A DNA stretch of 64,000 bases from Octopus sinensis (GCF_006345805.1 NC_043005.1:79546001-79610000); one strand, 5' to 3'. Shown: positions 26,900 through 40,917, counted from the first letter of the stretch. Notes: generated from the letters alone by a model not told the origin. Numbers and translations are program-made.

Positions 26900-27890
26900 A
26901 GTGTAACGTGTTTTCCGAAGAGAAGTATCTTCAGATGGAAAAACCTGGACTGATATCTTACAAAAAAAGCTTGGGTATCAGAAGAGAGATTTTCAAGGGT
27001 AATAGCTAATCTTGATTTTTGTTCTCTGAATGATACCCCCTGACCTTGGTACTTAGGAAAATGAACATGGGGTACTACTTTAGGGAAAATCCCAAATAAT
27101 CAACCCCCTGTTCTTAACAGATCATTAGAACCTGCCTGGCAAGTTTGAGACACAAATGAGTTCCATGGTGAGCACGGTCTACTGTTTTAATGCTGATATT
27201 GAAATGGAACTTGGTGTTGCGCTCAAAATAGACTGGATGGGTTAAAATCGAAGCAGTTAATACATGGGAGATAGTATCACTTCTGCTGAAGTGATGATGA
27301 AGGCTGGAAATTTTGTGACTATGTGACTAAAGAAAATTTAAAGCATGAAATGAGCATGGAAGGAAGAGAAAAGTATGATCAGTTTTCAAGAGATATGAAC
27401 ACCAAGACAGATGCAGAGGGCCGGTTGCTTTGGATGAGGATGAGTGACCTGAAGATAGCAACAGAAGCACTCATATACGCAGATCAGGAACAATCGTTAA
27501 GGACCAATTATATGAAGGCAGAATGCACCACACTACGGATAAGGACTAATGCATAATATGTGGTGAGAGGGGTGAAACGGGGTGGCACATCGTTAGAGAA
27601 TGCCCGAAATTGGCACAACGCGATATGAGGCAAGAATAATCCATGGGGAAATCATTTTCTTCTCCATTAACTCGTTGAACGCTAGTACACCAATGTATTT
27701 GTAGCCTTCCGTTTCCATTTGTATACACGAGTCTCTGTTCGGTAAATTTTCGCTGCTTGCCTCTTTTCAGATAGAGTATTCCGCCCTACTTGAGTTCAAA
27801 TTCCATTCTAATATCAGCATTAAAACAGTGGACCGACCTCACCAAGGAACTCACTTGGGTCTCAACTTTGCCATACAGCTTCAAAGACAG
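26900..27890. mobile_element. Rearranged degenerate Dong/R4 pieces (plus 26900-27650, inverted RT piece 27655-27890)
   Basis: Plus strand: WMRMSDLKIATEALIYADQEQSLRTNY and a CGERGETGWHIVRECPKLAQ-like knuckle. Minus strand: LKLYGKVETQVSSLV..YKYIGVL. Confidence 0.6.
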
Positions 27891-28117
27891 GATGATTAAA
27901 GTAGGAGGGAGAGAAAGAGGATAACTGGTATGAGTCGCCATGGAAAAAAATACACACTCATTATTTTAAAGTAAATTGAAATGAAATTTGTTGAAAACTG
28001 GCTGTTTGTCAGGTAAATAGCTGTTTTAGATATATACATATGTGTGGATGTTTGTACATGTGCATGCACGTATGTGTGTGCTGTTATATATGTATGTATG
28101 TATATATGTATGAGTAG

Positions 28118-28440
28118 GGGTGAAAGCGCATGGCTCAGTGCTTACGATCGTGAGATTGTGAGCTCGAATCCCGGACCGGGCTGCGTGATGTGTTCTTGAG
28201 CAAGACACTTTATTTCACGTTGCTCCAGTTCACTCAGCTGTAGAAATGAGTTCCGACGTCATGGTGCCAAGCTCTATCGCCCTTTACCTTTCCTTTGGAT
28301 AACACCGGCGGCGTGGAAATCGAAGGCCGGTATGCATGGGCGAGGGTTGGTCTTCCATAAACAAACTTGCCCGGACTTGTGCCTGGGAGGATAACTTTCT
28401 AGGTGCAATACCATGGTCATTCATGACCGGAGGGGGTCTC
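28118..28440 (+). mobile_element. tRNA-SINE with a CORE-like central domain
   Basis: gcatggctcagtg..ctcgaatccc head followed by ttgagcaagacactttatttcacgttgctccag. Confidence 0.7.
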
Positions 28441-28613
28441 AATACATACACACACACACACATACACACACACAATATATTGATATATTTATAATTATAT
28501 TCACTCATTGATATATATGCATAAACATATAAGTATGTATGGATATATATATATATGTATGTATATATATTCTTAATTGGAGAGATATGCATATACATAT
28601 ACATGTATATATA

Positions 28614-28684
<71 letters not shown>

Positions 28685-28732
28685 TATCTGTATCTATATC
28701 TATCTGGCTCCACACACACACGCACACATAAG

Positions 28733-28770
<38 letters not shown>

Positions 28771-28829
28771 ATATATAAGGGAGGAAGCAGAGCAGATGCT
28801 AAAAATTATAGGCCTATCTCGCTAGCCTT

Positions 28830-30150
28830 ACACAACAGTTAAATCAGGGAACGAATATTCAGCAAGAAAGTAATCGCACTCCTTGTAGAAAATTACTTGA
28901 TGAATGATACCTAGCATGCATTTCGATCAGGTAGAAGCTGTCTGAGACAGGTCTTGCAACACTACGACTGGGTGTTAAAACAGCTGCGATATGACTAAAA
29001 TACGGATGTCATATATCTCGACTTTAGAACAGCTTTTGATAAAGTCGACCATCGTACGATATGTCGCGAACAGCATGATCTCAGCGTAGGTGAAAAACTT
29101 GGAGAGTGACTGGTTGATTTTCTAAAAGTTAAATGTCAGAAAATGGAGGCCAACAGAATCCCCTCCAAGCAAACATAAATAGCAAATTGGGTTCCAAAGG
29201 GCACTGTCTTAGGGCCACTGCTATTCAAAGTCGCCGTCTCAGAGATTCTCTCAGCTTCTCAGATGATACAACACTCTCAATGACAATACAAAATCCTGGG
29301 AATATTGCACATCTGCAACGGGAGTTGGATGCAATATACAGGTGGGCTGAGGACAACAGCATGCAGTTTAATCCAGGAAAATTCGGCTCACAAAGCTAAA
29401 TGACATGCAGATAGGATACACTGGCCCGGGAAGAAATTGCAATCCCTGAGTCAAAACCAGTGCGGGATCTGGAAATTGACGTGAGCAATGATGCATCTTT
29501 TCAATTGCATATTACCAATTTGGTAATAAAAGGCAGACGGCTAGCAGGATGGATCCTCCGAACTTTCAAAACAAAGGTAAAGGAGACATTGATGGTCCTT
29601 TGGAGGACATACGTCCTCAGGCGCTTGGGCTCTTGCTCCCAACTATAACACCACACAATATATGAAATCTACGGCTGAACATGAAACAATCCAACGATGC
29701 TACGGTAAGAAAATCGTCTCAATGCAGCGTATCAGTTTTGGGGAAAGACAGAAATAATTAAAACACTTCTCCCTAGAACGAAGACGGGAAAGTTATACTG
29801 TGATATAGATCTGAAAAATTCTGCGAAGCCTTGTACCAAAATTTGGAATTGCATAGTGCCAAAGATCCCAGCGTCGTCATCAAAGATACTGCAACAGTTT
29901 GGGTTTCAAGGGACCACAGCTCTTCAACATCCTTCCAAAATACCTTTGAGACTTGCATGGTGTAGATGTAAGTGTCTTTAAAACAAAAGTGGATCTTTTC
30001 CTATCAAATGTTCCAGACGAGCCTACATCACAGCAGGAAACACTGATGAGGGCAGCGGACCAAATGCCACGTATCAGAGGAGGCTTTCAAATAATGGTGA
30101 AGCCCACTCAACGTTGGTGCCCCAGAATGACCGCAGTTTTGAAGTTGAAA
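28830..30150 (+). mobile_element. Degenerate CR1-clade LINE 3' half
   Basis: YLDFRTAFDKVDH, PKGTVLGPLL, FSDDTT and GWILRTFKTK remnants, with a ggtgccccagaatgaccgcag tail. Confidence 0.8.
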
Positions 30151-30173
30151 GATTTTTTAAAAAGTTTAAAGAA

Positions 30174-30210
<37 letters not shown>

Positions 30211-31294
30211 CTCCCTAATATTATTATTATTATTATTATATATATACTCCCAATTATATATATATATATATACATACACATATATATATAATGGAGAAAT
30301 TATACAAAATGTATAGATGATGACTAAAGCACTGGCACGATTTCGATTGCTTGTTGTTGTCCGTAGATTTACAACAGGAACTTTGAAGTTGATGGTCATA
30401 TAGCGATACATAAAACCGAATTAGAAAATCTCTCGTAAATCGTAAAACTATTCTTCTTCCATTTATCTTATTAATACTATATATATATATATACACACAC
30501 ACAGCAATAAGAAAATGGAGGGGATCAAGAGGTGGTATTCATCAACTTTTAGACATTATATTATGTCTATAAATATATAGACATAATATATAGACATATA
30601 CAAACATATTTATTTTTTACTAAAACAATTATAAAAATATACATGTATAACATATGTTTTACATATATAATATAAAAAATACCAGTAATTATTAAATATA
30701 TATAAAGTATAGCATAGTAAGTAGGATAGTATCCTACAGCTGTTTTAACCAAGAGGCCATAGTACCCCACTCTACTTCCATCCCTTTAGTGAACTGAAGT
30801 ATTTGGTAGATAAGTGTAAAGTACTTATTTGTATCTCTGGGCTTTGTCAGAGAGTTTAGAAAGTTCAAAAGGTTAAGTTATAAATATAGATACATATATA
30901 TATATACATAAATTTACATATACATACATATGCATAAATATACATAAACACACACACAAATATATATATATAAAGGAATCAATTATTATTATTATTATTA
31001 TATTATTATTATTATTATTATTAGGTATATTATATTATTCTTATTAGATAAAGTATAAACAGAGGAAGGAGAAATTTATCAAAAGAGAAATAATAGTGGA
31101 ATTTAAAACATCAATATATCTTAAGATTATATAGTTATGTAGGAATGAAAAGTTATATACTGGTATATATATATATATATATATAATATATATATATATA
31201 AATATATGTATGTGTATGTGTGCATTACATAGATATGTATTAATGTAGACATATACGTATAGATATACACACACATATATATATAAATACATAC

Positions 31295-31346
<52 letters not shown>

Positions 31347-32601
31347 CGTATGTATGTATGTATGCATGGAGAGTATCGGTTTGTGCTATATATCTATTTA
31401 TCTAGCGAACTTCAGTCATTGCTTTGATTAACTCAAACTTTTAATAGTTTCAATTTTCAATACTTTTCTTTTCTTCCATGCTTTCCAAAACCAGAATATC
31501 ATGAATTCTATCTAATATGAAAGAATTTCTGTCCACATTTCTTTTTTACTAAATACACGATTCTTCCTTTTTGAAAGGGGTGTTGGTGTTTTTGTTGGTG
31601 GTGGTAGTGCTGGTGGCAGTGGTGGTGGTGGTGGTAGTGGTGGTGATGTTGGTGTTGGTGGTAGTGGTGGTAGTGGTTTGGGTGACCCTTCAGAGTTGAT
31701 AGAATTAAAAAAAAAAACGCTAGAAGTTTTACATTCGGTTTCTCTGTTTCTTTTACACAAGTTTTTGAAGCACATGTCATGCAAATCTTCTTTTGCTGTA
31801 GGTTAAAATGGACTCAAAAACAGTCCCTTTGCTGTCAAAAAGGAACCACAAAGAACAGGACACTTTTTTTTCTCATTTATAGAAGTGTATAAGAAAGAAG
31901 ATATGTGGAAAATGTTGCAAGAGAAAGTGCCATGAAACTAGTTAAAAAGCGTTGACTAAAAAGACATCTTTTTTTTTCTGAATGATGTTTGGAAGATGGC
32001 CAATGTTAGAAAGATAAAATACTTTGCTAAAGAACAGAGTGTAAAAGAATTTCTTAGATAGAAAGAAAAAAAAAGAGAATGGATAAAGAAAAGAGAATGG
32101 CGATGGAAAGAAATGCTTTTTCTTTTAAAGAAGAAAGACTTCAGTAAGCGGTTTAAAGAAATTTATTCAGTCAAAGCTAACTGCATTGCAAGACTTCCAA
32201 AGATTCTTTTTCCTCGGCTCGTGATATTTTTTTGGTGGCTTCATTGATCGATATGGAATTTATCCAAGATATATTATGATGAATATTAAGAATGAAGAAT
32301 AAGCCTTAGTATACAATATAACAGACGATATATATATATATATATATATAATATATATATATACGTAAACCTACATACAGGTATACATATATAGACATAT
32401 GTTGTTTATAGTTAATTAATATAGTAGCCTCTCCGGAATGATCAACATTTGGCTATACGTTTATTAATTAAATCGAATCCAACGGCCATTTATGTATCCT
32501 GCTTTTTGCAACGTAAAATGGCTGACATATTTCCCGCTTTTTAGGACACTACTCTATCAAAGGAAACATTCACAAAACAAAGCAGGAAAAAAAACACTCA
32601 C

Positions 32602-32644
32602 AGATAAGTGGCTAAAGGGAATACTGAATAAACTCTTGTATCAT
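32602..32644 (-). CDS. Candidate 43-nt internal exon (DTRVYSVFPLATY)
   Basis: cttgcag acceptor and GTGAGT donor. Phase-compatible with 19263-19344. Confidence 0.2.
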
Positions 32645-32843
32645 CTGCAAGGGCGACGATGAGACTTCTAGCAATAAACGCTCAGTATTTAATATGTCTT
32701 TCGTAATTACTTTCAACAACCTTCACCCTGCGTTCATAGGTTTCAATTATGCAAATTGGATTTTATGATGTCAATATACTTTACATGTCTATTAGCAACA
32801 TATCATTTATTTCCAACAACCAGCTGAACATAATATAATCTTA

Positions 32844-33157
32844 GGAGCGTGGCTTAGGGGTTAGAGTATTCGGCTAACGATCGTAAATTCGTGAGTTTCA
32901 TCATCGGCGGCGCGTTGTGTCCACGAGGGAAATACTTTCTTTCATGTCGCTCAAGTCCATTCAGCTTTTAAAAATTAGTTGTACTTATAATTCGAATGGC
33001 CAGCCTAGCTACATTCTATGTCACGATGAATCTCCTTGGGAACTACGTTAATGGAACGCGTGTCTGTAGAGTGCCAGCCACTTGCACGTTAATTTCACGA
33101 CCAGGCTGTTTCGTTGATCGTATCACCTAGAACCCTCATCGTCGAAACCGAGGGAGT
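32844..33157 (+). mobile_element. tRNA-SINE, related CORE-like family
   Basis: gcgtggcttaggggttagag head. The body matches partial copies at 47797-48015 and 45140-45250. Confidence 0.65.
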
Positions 33158-33311
33158 AACAGTTATATAAACTTAGGTATGATCCAACATTCCTTCTCTT
33201 CTACAACATCAGCTACTATTTTTTATTGGTGGTCTTTACATTTGGAAGACTTTGCCAGTCGATATAAGTATGCTAGCACAGTGCTCAGGTTTTGTTTTTT
33301 CGTAATAAATT

Positions 33312-34130
33312 AAAAGCACATCGTGGCTGACTGCTTCTGAAGGAGAGAGAATCGTTTCTAGCATTGAGCATGTTGAAGAATTTATATTATACAGTGAATA
33401 GCGTACACATAATTCTTTTAATTTCAGATTTTAGATTTAGCTTTTTATTTCCATGTGATTAAGTTCTTTGAGTCACTGGTGCAAACCATATTATGTTTTT
33501 AGAAATCAGACCAAAATTAACATGAGTGTCACGAAGAGTATTTCCATTCGTTTTGAATTTTGGAGCTAGAAATAAAAGACTGGCAGAATTAAACCAAGTC
33601 CCACGTGAAACAAGGTACCCAACAAAATAACTATTAACAAATTAAAGCCTGTCATTGTATCAGACATTCACGAATTACGAAAACAATTAAAAAATTCCTA
33701 ATATTCTACATTAGATCATAACATACAATAGAAAAAATACAGAACCACTCATCATTATCCATCAATACATTCTGTAATTGAAGGAGGACACAATAATGAA
33801 AACAAAATACATTCGAAATACACAAAATAATTAGCAAAAGATGACCAAATTCCATAAAAAAGTATTCACCAGCATCAAATTACTCGCTACACGCATAATA
33901 GCAATAGCCAAAAAGATGTGGCCGTCATTATTATTGAACCTACATCGATTATATAAAAAACACACATCTTCCTGTAATAAAAACACTTTACCCGTTCGTC
34001 AAAATATTTGTATAATAAACTGTAATGTATGTTACGAAAATTACACAGGTCAAACGAAACTTAACTTGAGAAGTAGTTTGAAAACACATCGTGGTTGGCT
34101 GTTACTGAAGGGGAGAGAATTGTTTCTAGT
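33312..34130 (+). mobile_element. Penelope-like element 3' fragment (RT thumb plus C-terminal GIY-YIG endonuclease)
   Basis: RNKRLAEL, DIHELRK and ITYNRKN remnants, then IINCNVCYENYTGQTKLNLRSSLKTHR (GIY-YIG-like). Flanked by about 50-bp direct repeats at 33312-33361 and 34081-34129. Confidence 0.7.
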
Positions 34131-34907
34131 TTTGACTATAAGTATTTTCTATAACACAATATTAATAATACCAGTCAGTTGTATTCGCAATGATGCAATC
34201 AACTTTGGTGTAACAGGACGACATGTGCTGAAAACGTGATTGTTATTATTGGAAATAAAATTGGAGGTTGAATGCCAAGAAACAAGTGGAATCATATTCT
34301 GATAAAGCTAAACATCGTAGCTACGGGTTAAATATGTGCGCCAACAGTAATACAAGCTATTAATACCAGGCAGATTCCGTTAAACGAAGATTTACAAATA
34401 TTTGCAACAAGTAGATAACCAAAATTCGTAGTTTCCCCAATTAAATTTTCTCCAGACAAAATCATATAACAAGTACGGATAATTGAAACAGATATGTTTA
34501 TTAAAAACAATACAAACATTGGGTAAATAAGGAATAACAACATTTTAAAGTAAAAATCACAGTTGCAGTTCGCATTCTCACAAGCACATAGACAACCATG
34601 CATGTAAACTAGTAAGCGAATATATAGCTTTTCTGCTTATAGCTTTTCTTACAACCTGTTTTTCATGTGTCTCCCATAACAAAAAGCCTTCACCTTCAGT
34701 GAAATTATATCACGTGTCTTTAATATGTGGACATAGTGCAGAGTTATGTGCTTTTGTACCCCTCATATCTATGACTTTTTAGAATATGTATATCATATAT
34801 ACCATAGCAATTACATACCGAACCCGCTAAAAAGCAGTCGAATCTCCTTCGAATCACACACACGCTACTGTTTCAAAATACAGCAGGATTTATATACTCT
34901 ACGCCTA

Positions 34908-34958
<51 letters not shown>

Positions 34959-35116
34959 GCTATCTATCGGTCTATCTATCTATTTATCTATCTAGCTATT
35001 TATCGGTCTATCGCTGTATATATATAGATTTATATATATATACATATATACACATATGTTTATATGTGTGTTTGCATGTATACATATATATATGTGTGTA
35101 TATATGTATGTATATA

Positions 35117-35156
<40 letters not shown>

Positions 35157-35263
35157 ATGTGTATATAAATATAGACACTCACACATATATAGTAGTGGAC
35201 CTGTGGGTTGTGTGTGTATGTGTAAATGTGTGTTTGTGTGTGTGTGTCTGTTTGTGTGTGTGT

Positions 35264-35343
<80 letters not shown>

Positions 35344-35480
35344 TTGTCTAGAAAAACAAAACTAAATTTATAGCTGGATTGCCTTTCCGCATAAACCTAC
35401 AAAATTATCAATAATTATGGTTTAAACAACAACAACAACAGCAACAACAAGAAAACCAACAACAAAGCTATAAGTAGTTT

Positions 35481-35627
35481 CTATAACACAATATTAATAA
35501 TATGAATCCGATGTATGCGCAATTCTAAAATCATCTTTGGTGTAATAGAATGGCATGTACTGAAAACGTGATTGTTATTATTAGAAGTAAAATTGGAGGT
35601 TGAATGCCAGGAAACAAGAGGAATCAT
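35481..35627 (-). CDS. Candidate 48-aa small ORF (MIPLVSWHSTSNFTSNNNNHVFSTC..), duplicated at 34149-34295
   Basis: ATG, TAG and reading frame are conserved between two indel-free diverged copies, with 5 synonymous changes in the first 30 codons. Confidence 0.3.
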   Translation of the reverse strand: MIPLVSWHSTSNFTSNNNNHVFSTCHSITPKMILELRIHRIHIINIVL

Positions 35628-35689
35628 ATTCTGATGAGGCTAACCGTCGCAGCTACGGGTTAAATATGTGCGCCGCCAGTAAGACAGAA

Positions 35690-35760
35690 GAGGCCGATAA
35701 AGTCGATTGACCCGCCATTTTGCCAGCTTGGTTTTCCGGCTTGTTAAGTAGTGTACGTCA
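35690..35760 (-). promoter_or_regulatory. Promoter-like motif cluster (CRE half-site, ETS-like, YY1)
   Basis: Minus strand TGACGT (35755-35760), CCGGAA (35734-35739) and CAAAATGGCGG (35712-35722) in a CpG-containing island. Confidence 0.4.
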
Positions 35761-36144
35761 CATAAATATATTTCATGCCTATATATATGTGTGTGTGAGA
35801 GAGAGAGAGAGTGTGTGTGGTGAGTAGATGTATGTATGTATGTATGTGTGTGTGTATGTATGTATGTGTGTGTGTGTGTGGTTATGCACAGGATCACACA
35901 TAAAAACATACACATGTATCCATGTATCTCGATGATTTTCGGGTAGTAATTTCAATGTGGTTTGGTGAGTGAGTATTCGTTTATTTACACTAGTGATGAC
36001 GTTAGTGTTTCATACATACATACACACACACGCGCACACATACATAAATACATACATATACGCATACATTTATACACACACATATACATGTATTTAGTTG
36101 CAATACAGTATACATAAGTTTATAGATGTATGAGAGTATATTAC

Positions 36145-36175
<31 letters not shown>

Positions 36176-36290
36176 AAGTTCATCCAAACAAAAAAGCACA
36201 AAAAAACAACAAAGCGAGGACGTGGAACAAATATAGTATTATTGGATGCTCAGGAAGAAGGAAAGAGGAGGTATATATATTATATATATA

Positions 36291-36333
<43 letters not shown>

Positions 36334-36339
36334 ACCTTA

Positions 36340-36669
36340 ATCGAGCAAATCGACCCCAGAACTATTCTTTGTAAGCCTAATACTTATTCTATCGGTCTGT
36401 TTTGCCGAACCGCTTAGTTACGGGGAAGTCAACACACCAGTATCGCTTGTCAAGCGATGTTGGGGAGGAGAAACAGACACACAAGCATATACACACACAT
36501 CATATACATATATATACATGTACGACGTGCTACCGTCCACCAATTTCACTCTCAAGGATTTGGTCCGCCCGAGGTTATAGTAGAAGACACTTGCCCAAGG
36601 TTCCACACAATGGGACTGAACCCGGGACCATGTGGTTGGTAAGCAATCTTCTTACCACACAGCCACTCC

Positions 36670-36672
<3 letters not shown>
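36340..36672 (-). mobile_element. Composite SINE B-SSR-C
   Basis: Same module order as 25350-25826 with a shorter SSR. An adjacent plus-strand B/C copy lies at 36744-37020. Confidence 0.7.
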
Positions 36673-36721
<49 letters not shown>

Positions 36722-37108
36722 CGTGTGTGCGTGTGTGTGTGTATAGGTGCAGGCGTGGCTGTGTGCTAAGCAGCTTGATTCCCAACCACATGGTTCCGGG
36801 TTCAGTTGCAATGCAACTTGGACTAGTATCTTCTACTATAGCCTTGGGCCGACCAAAGCCCTGTGAATGGATTTGGTTGACAGACCCGGTAACGTAGCGG
36901 TTAGGCAGAAGAAATCGATAGAATAAGCGTCCGCCTTACAAAGAATAAGTCCAGGTATAGATTTCTTCAAATAAACGCCGGTACTCCAGCATGACAACAC
37001 TCATATCACTGAAACAAGTAAAACAATATACAACTATGCTATTTAAACCTTGTGCAACGCCGGGTATCTCTGCTAGTACACACAACACACACACGCATAT
37101 ATATATCC

Positions 37109-37150
<42 letters not shown>

Positions 37151-38255
37151 ATGTGTGTGTTTTATATATATGTATATATGTATGTATTGATAGATAGATA
37201 CATAGAAAGCGCGATAGAGGAAGAAAAGGAGCATACACCCACATATATACATCTACGTATTCACTGGTCTGAGAGTAAGTTACTCACGTGAACAGACGTT
37301 AAGTCTAGTTATCACAATAGACATAACTTTCTTCTTATTATAACAACCTTGGTGATATCTTTCATTATATTCTTAAATTTGGGAAATCCGGTATATAAAC
37401 AAGAGAATGTGTTGTGTTATTCAATCAAGTTCAGCTAAATATTAACATGAATTCATGTAACAATACATGTACTCATATATATATGAAGCCTTCTTATGCT
37501 ATCTTCCTCTCTCCCACAGTGTCTGCATACCTTTAGTAGGTATATGTATATATTTATGTGTGCGCGTGAGTCTTGTGTAGTATGAAGGTTGCTTCCCAGC
37601 CGCATTTTCCGGGTTCACTCCCACTGCATGGCATCTTGAACAAAGGTTTTCTACTATAGACAAAGCATAGTGAGTGGATTTGTGAGACGGAAATTGAGAG
37701 AAGCCCGTCGTATATATGAATGTGTGTGTGTGTGTGAGTGTGTGTGTATCCTTAATTATATACTTATTTTCTTTCTACAGTTTGTGCCAGTTCTACTCTC
37801 AGTGCTTTGAAGAGCACTTTGAGTACAACTAGCTCAAATAAATGGGTTGTGCAATGAAAATGACATATCGTCAGGCAAAATAAGTCTATTTTTCAACTCA
37901 ATTTGCATCCTCAATGCAAAATAGAATAAGGGCACTCTTCAGAGCTGCTTTTTTCTTAAATGTCTTCATACCATCCCTGAAGAATCTGGTATATTTGGGG
38001 TTCTAATACCTGTGTCGGCGAAATTTCATATGATCTCTTTTGACGGATGCCCACCCTCAAGACAAAGACAATCTGAAAATATTGAAGAGCATGCTTATTC
38101 AGGCGCGAGGCAGTTAGATCGAAGTCACAACTACTACAATGACTAGAAATGAGCTCTGCAGCTACAGACACAATTGTGTGCGAGCGTACAAGCGCGTTTG
38201 TGTATCTGTGTATCCAAATGATTCTGTTTACGTAAGCCTGTGCTTGATATGTATG

Positions 38256-38305
<50 letters not shown>

Positions 38306-38306
38306 G

Positions 38307-38383
<77 letters not shown>

Positions 38384-38407
38384 CATATATAATATGCAAT
38401 AATATAA

Positions 38408-38440
<33 letters not shown>

Positions 38441-38442
<2 letters not shown>

Positions 38443-38905
38443 TTAAATCCTTAAATCCTTAAAAATGTTTTAGCCCGAAGGCCGCGGTCATGCTGGGGCA
38501 CCACCGCTGAATGAGCTAGACTAATATGTGAATCCACCTATGACACGTGGCACTTGGTCAACAAGGGAGTTCGATGCCGCTGCCCGCATCTGCGTCTCCT
38601 GTCGTGAGGTAGGTTCATCTGGGACCCCCGACAATAAGAGGTCCAGTTTAGTTTTAAAGAAACCCACATCCACACCATGCAAGTCTCTCAGACATTTAGG
38701 GAGGATGTTAAAGAGCCGTGGTCCTCTGAAACCCAAGATGTTGCAGTATCTGGTCTTGTATTTTGATGGTGATGTTGGAATCTTTGGCACCATGCAGTGG
38801 TGCCCCGTTCTGCGGTTGGGGTAACTTTGAATGCCAAAAGTTTGGGACAAGACCCTCCAGGAGCGAAATCAGTAAATGTATTTACTTGAAAATCTTTATA
38901 TATAT
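38441..38905 (-). mobile_element. CR1-clade LINE 3' end with (ttaaggat)n tail
   Basis: GIQSYPNRRTGHHCMVPKI..LGFRGPRLFNILPKCLRDLHGVDV..KLDLLLSGVPDEP, then ggtgccccagcatgaccgcggcc. Confidence 0.82.
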
Positions 38906-39234
38906 CTTGCACGGTGAGTTGTTCGTCGAGAAGCGGTGCCTACCATACGTTGATAATAGGCAATACACCTTGAAACCTAGGTCCGTATGTGGCATCCGCT
39001 TCTTGGGGAATGATCTCCCTTTGCAAGATAGAGGACGCCGTGATGGCGTCGGCCTATCTGGTGACGTTGATGTTCGCCTGGGGCTAAATGCAACAGTGAC
39101 ACCCCCACCACACCTGCCCTGTCCTAGCCATATTCAGTTGGCTAATGTACCCTTAGGTTATATATATTATATTTATATGTACAAATATTTAATATATAGG
39201 TATTATATGTATATATACACAAACATATATTATA

Positions 39235-39306
<72 letters not shown>

Positions 39307-39312
39307 ATACAT

Positions 39313-39346
<34 letters not shown>

Positions 39347-40542
39347 ACCACACACACACACACCCACATAATATATATATATATATATTATATATACAAT
39401 ATTTTATCTTATATTATTGTATAATCAGCGTTGCACAGTGTCCTGAACGAACACGATTACATACTTATCGTGGTAAAAAATTTGTAAAACCACTTGTAAA
39501 AATTGATTGCTAAGTGTTCGAAGCAAAGCAATACGCAGGTTGTGAAAAAAGATCGAAAGTTGTAGGTTAAATAAGAAGGTGAAACAGCGAAAGAATAAAA
39601 GAAAACAAAATCGCAAAACCAAAAATTAGAAAGAAAAAAAACGAAAAATATGTACAACAATCTAGAATGAATAATAGGTGTGATACGTCTTAGGAAACGG
39701 TAAGATGTGATGAAACTGAATTACGAAACTATAACCACCGATGTCTTATTAATATTTTAGTAGTTTTATAGTGGTTATTTTTATTGCTCAATACATGGAT
39801 AAAGCATATCAAGTTGATGGGAAGGAAAGAGCCAATGATATATTTGTCGAGGTCTTAGTCGAAACAGAGTGAATATAAACGGCCAAACCCACCCAGAATT
39901 ATGAAAAATGTATCGAAATAGAATTAGCAAATATACAGAAATAAAATACAAACCTAATGACCTAAGTATACTATGGCAATTATTTTGTCGTGTGTATAAG
40001 TCATACGATTGGAGGTTGTTATGATTCAGGATGTACAATTATTTGTCTTTCCTTTCCTTTTATTGCTAAAGAAGACGGCCGAAACAGAAGATGGGTGCGT
40101 GAGAGTGTGCATGTGACAGTGTATGAGTTGTGTTTGTGCATTTGTGTGTGTTTGTGTGTGTGTCTGTGTGTGAGAGAGAGAGAGGGGGGAGAGTGTGTGT
40201 GTACGTGCGTACGTATATGTGCGTGTATAAAACGGTGTAATCATTGAAGGGCAATCATGCCATATTCGTGCCAGCCTGACAAAATGTCGCTCAAAAAACA
40301 TTTGCGTTTACCAGTGTACAGGCATATGTTTGTGTGTGCGTGTCTATGTGTGTTTATCTCTCTGTCAATCTCTCTTTCTCACTCTCCCTGTATATACATG
40401 TATGTACGTATGTATATGTATACCTACGCTTGTATATATGTGTGTATATATGTGTATATATATAGTATATATCTATGTATGCATGTCTACATATGTATAT
40501 ATCATGTATATTATATATATAAAATATATGTATGTATGTCTC

Positions 40543-40587
<45 letters not shown>

Positions 40588-40917
40588 GATATACAATATA
40601 TATTTATGATATACAATATATATTGAGAGGTAATATTTATCTCCACTTAAACGTGGATGTTCTATTAGAACAAACTGTTTTATATAACTATATTATACAC
40701 ACGCATACATACACACAATCACGCTCTCACATACAAACACAGACACACACACATATTTTTATATGTGTATATTATGTAGGTATATACAAATGAATTTAAT
40801 CATAAGTTAAAGTTCTCATGGAAATTTTTGAAGCCTACATGAATATACACACACCATCAAACGTGTTTGAACTATACAGTTTGTTTGTACATACCGTCTC
40901 ATACGTCCACGCATACG

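Noticed and set aside
34328-34603. Hydrophobic minus ORF, with MRTATVIF in a neighbouring frame, as a GPCR remnant
   Set aside because: No other class A GPCR motifs are present, the frames are broken, and AT-rich DNA readily gives hydrophobic ORFs.
35631-35715. CTGATGAGGCT..GGCC-GATA as a hammerhead
   Set aside because: GAAA is replaced by GATA, helix III does not close, there is no NUH site, and the paralogous copy lacks the core.
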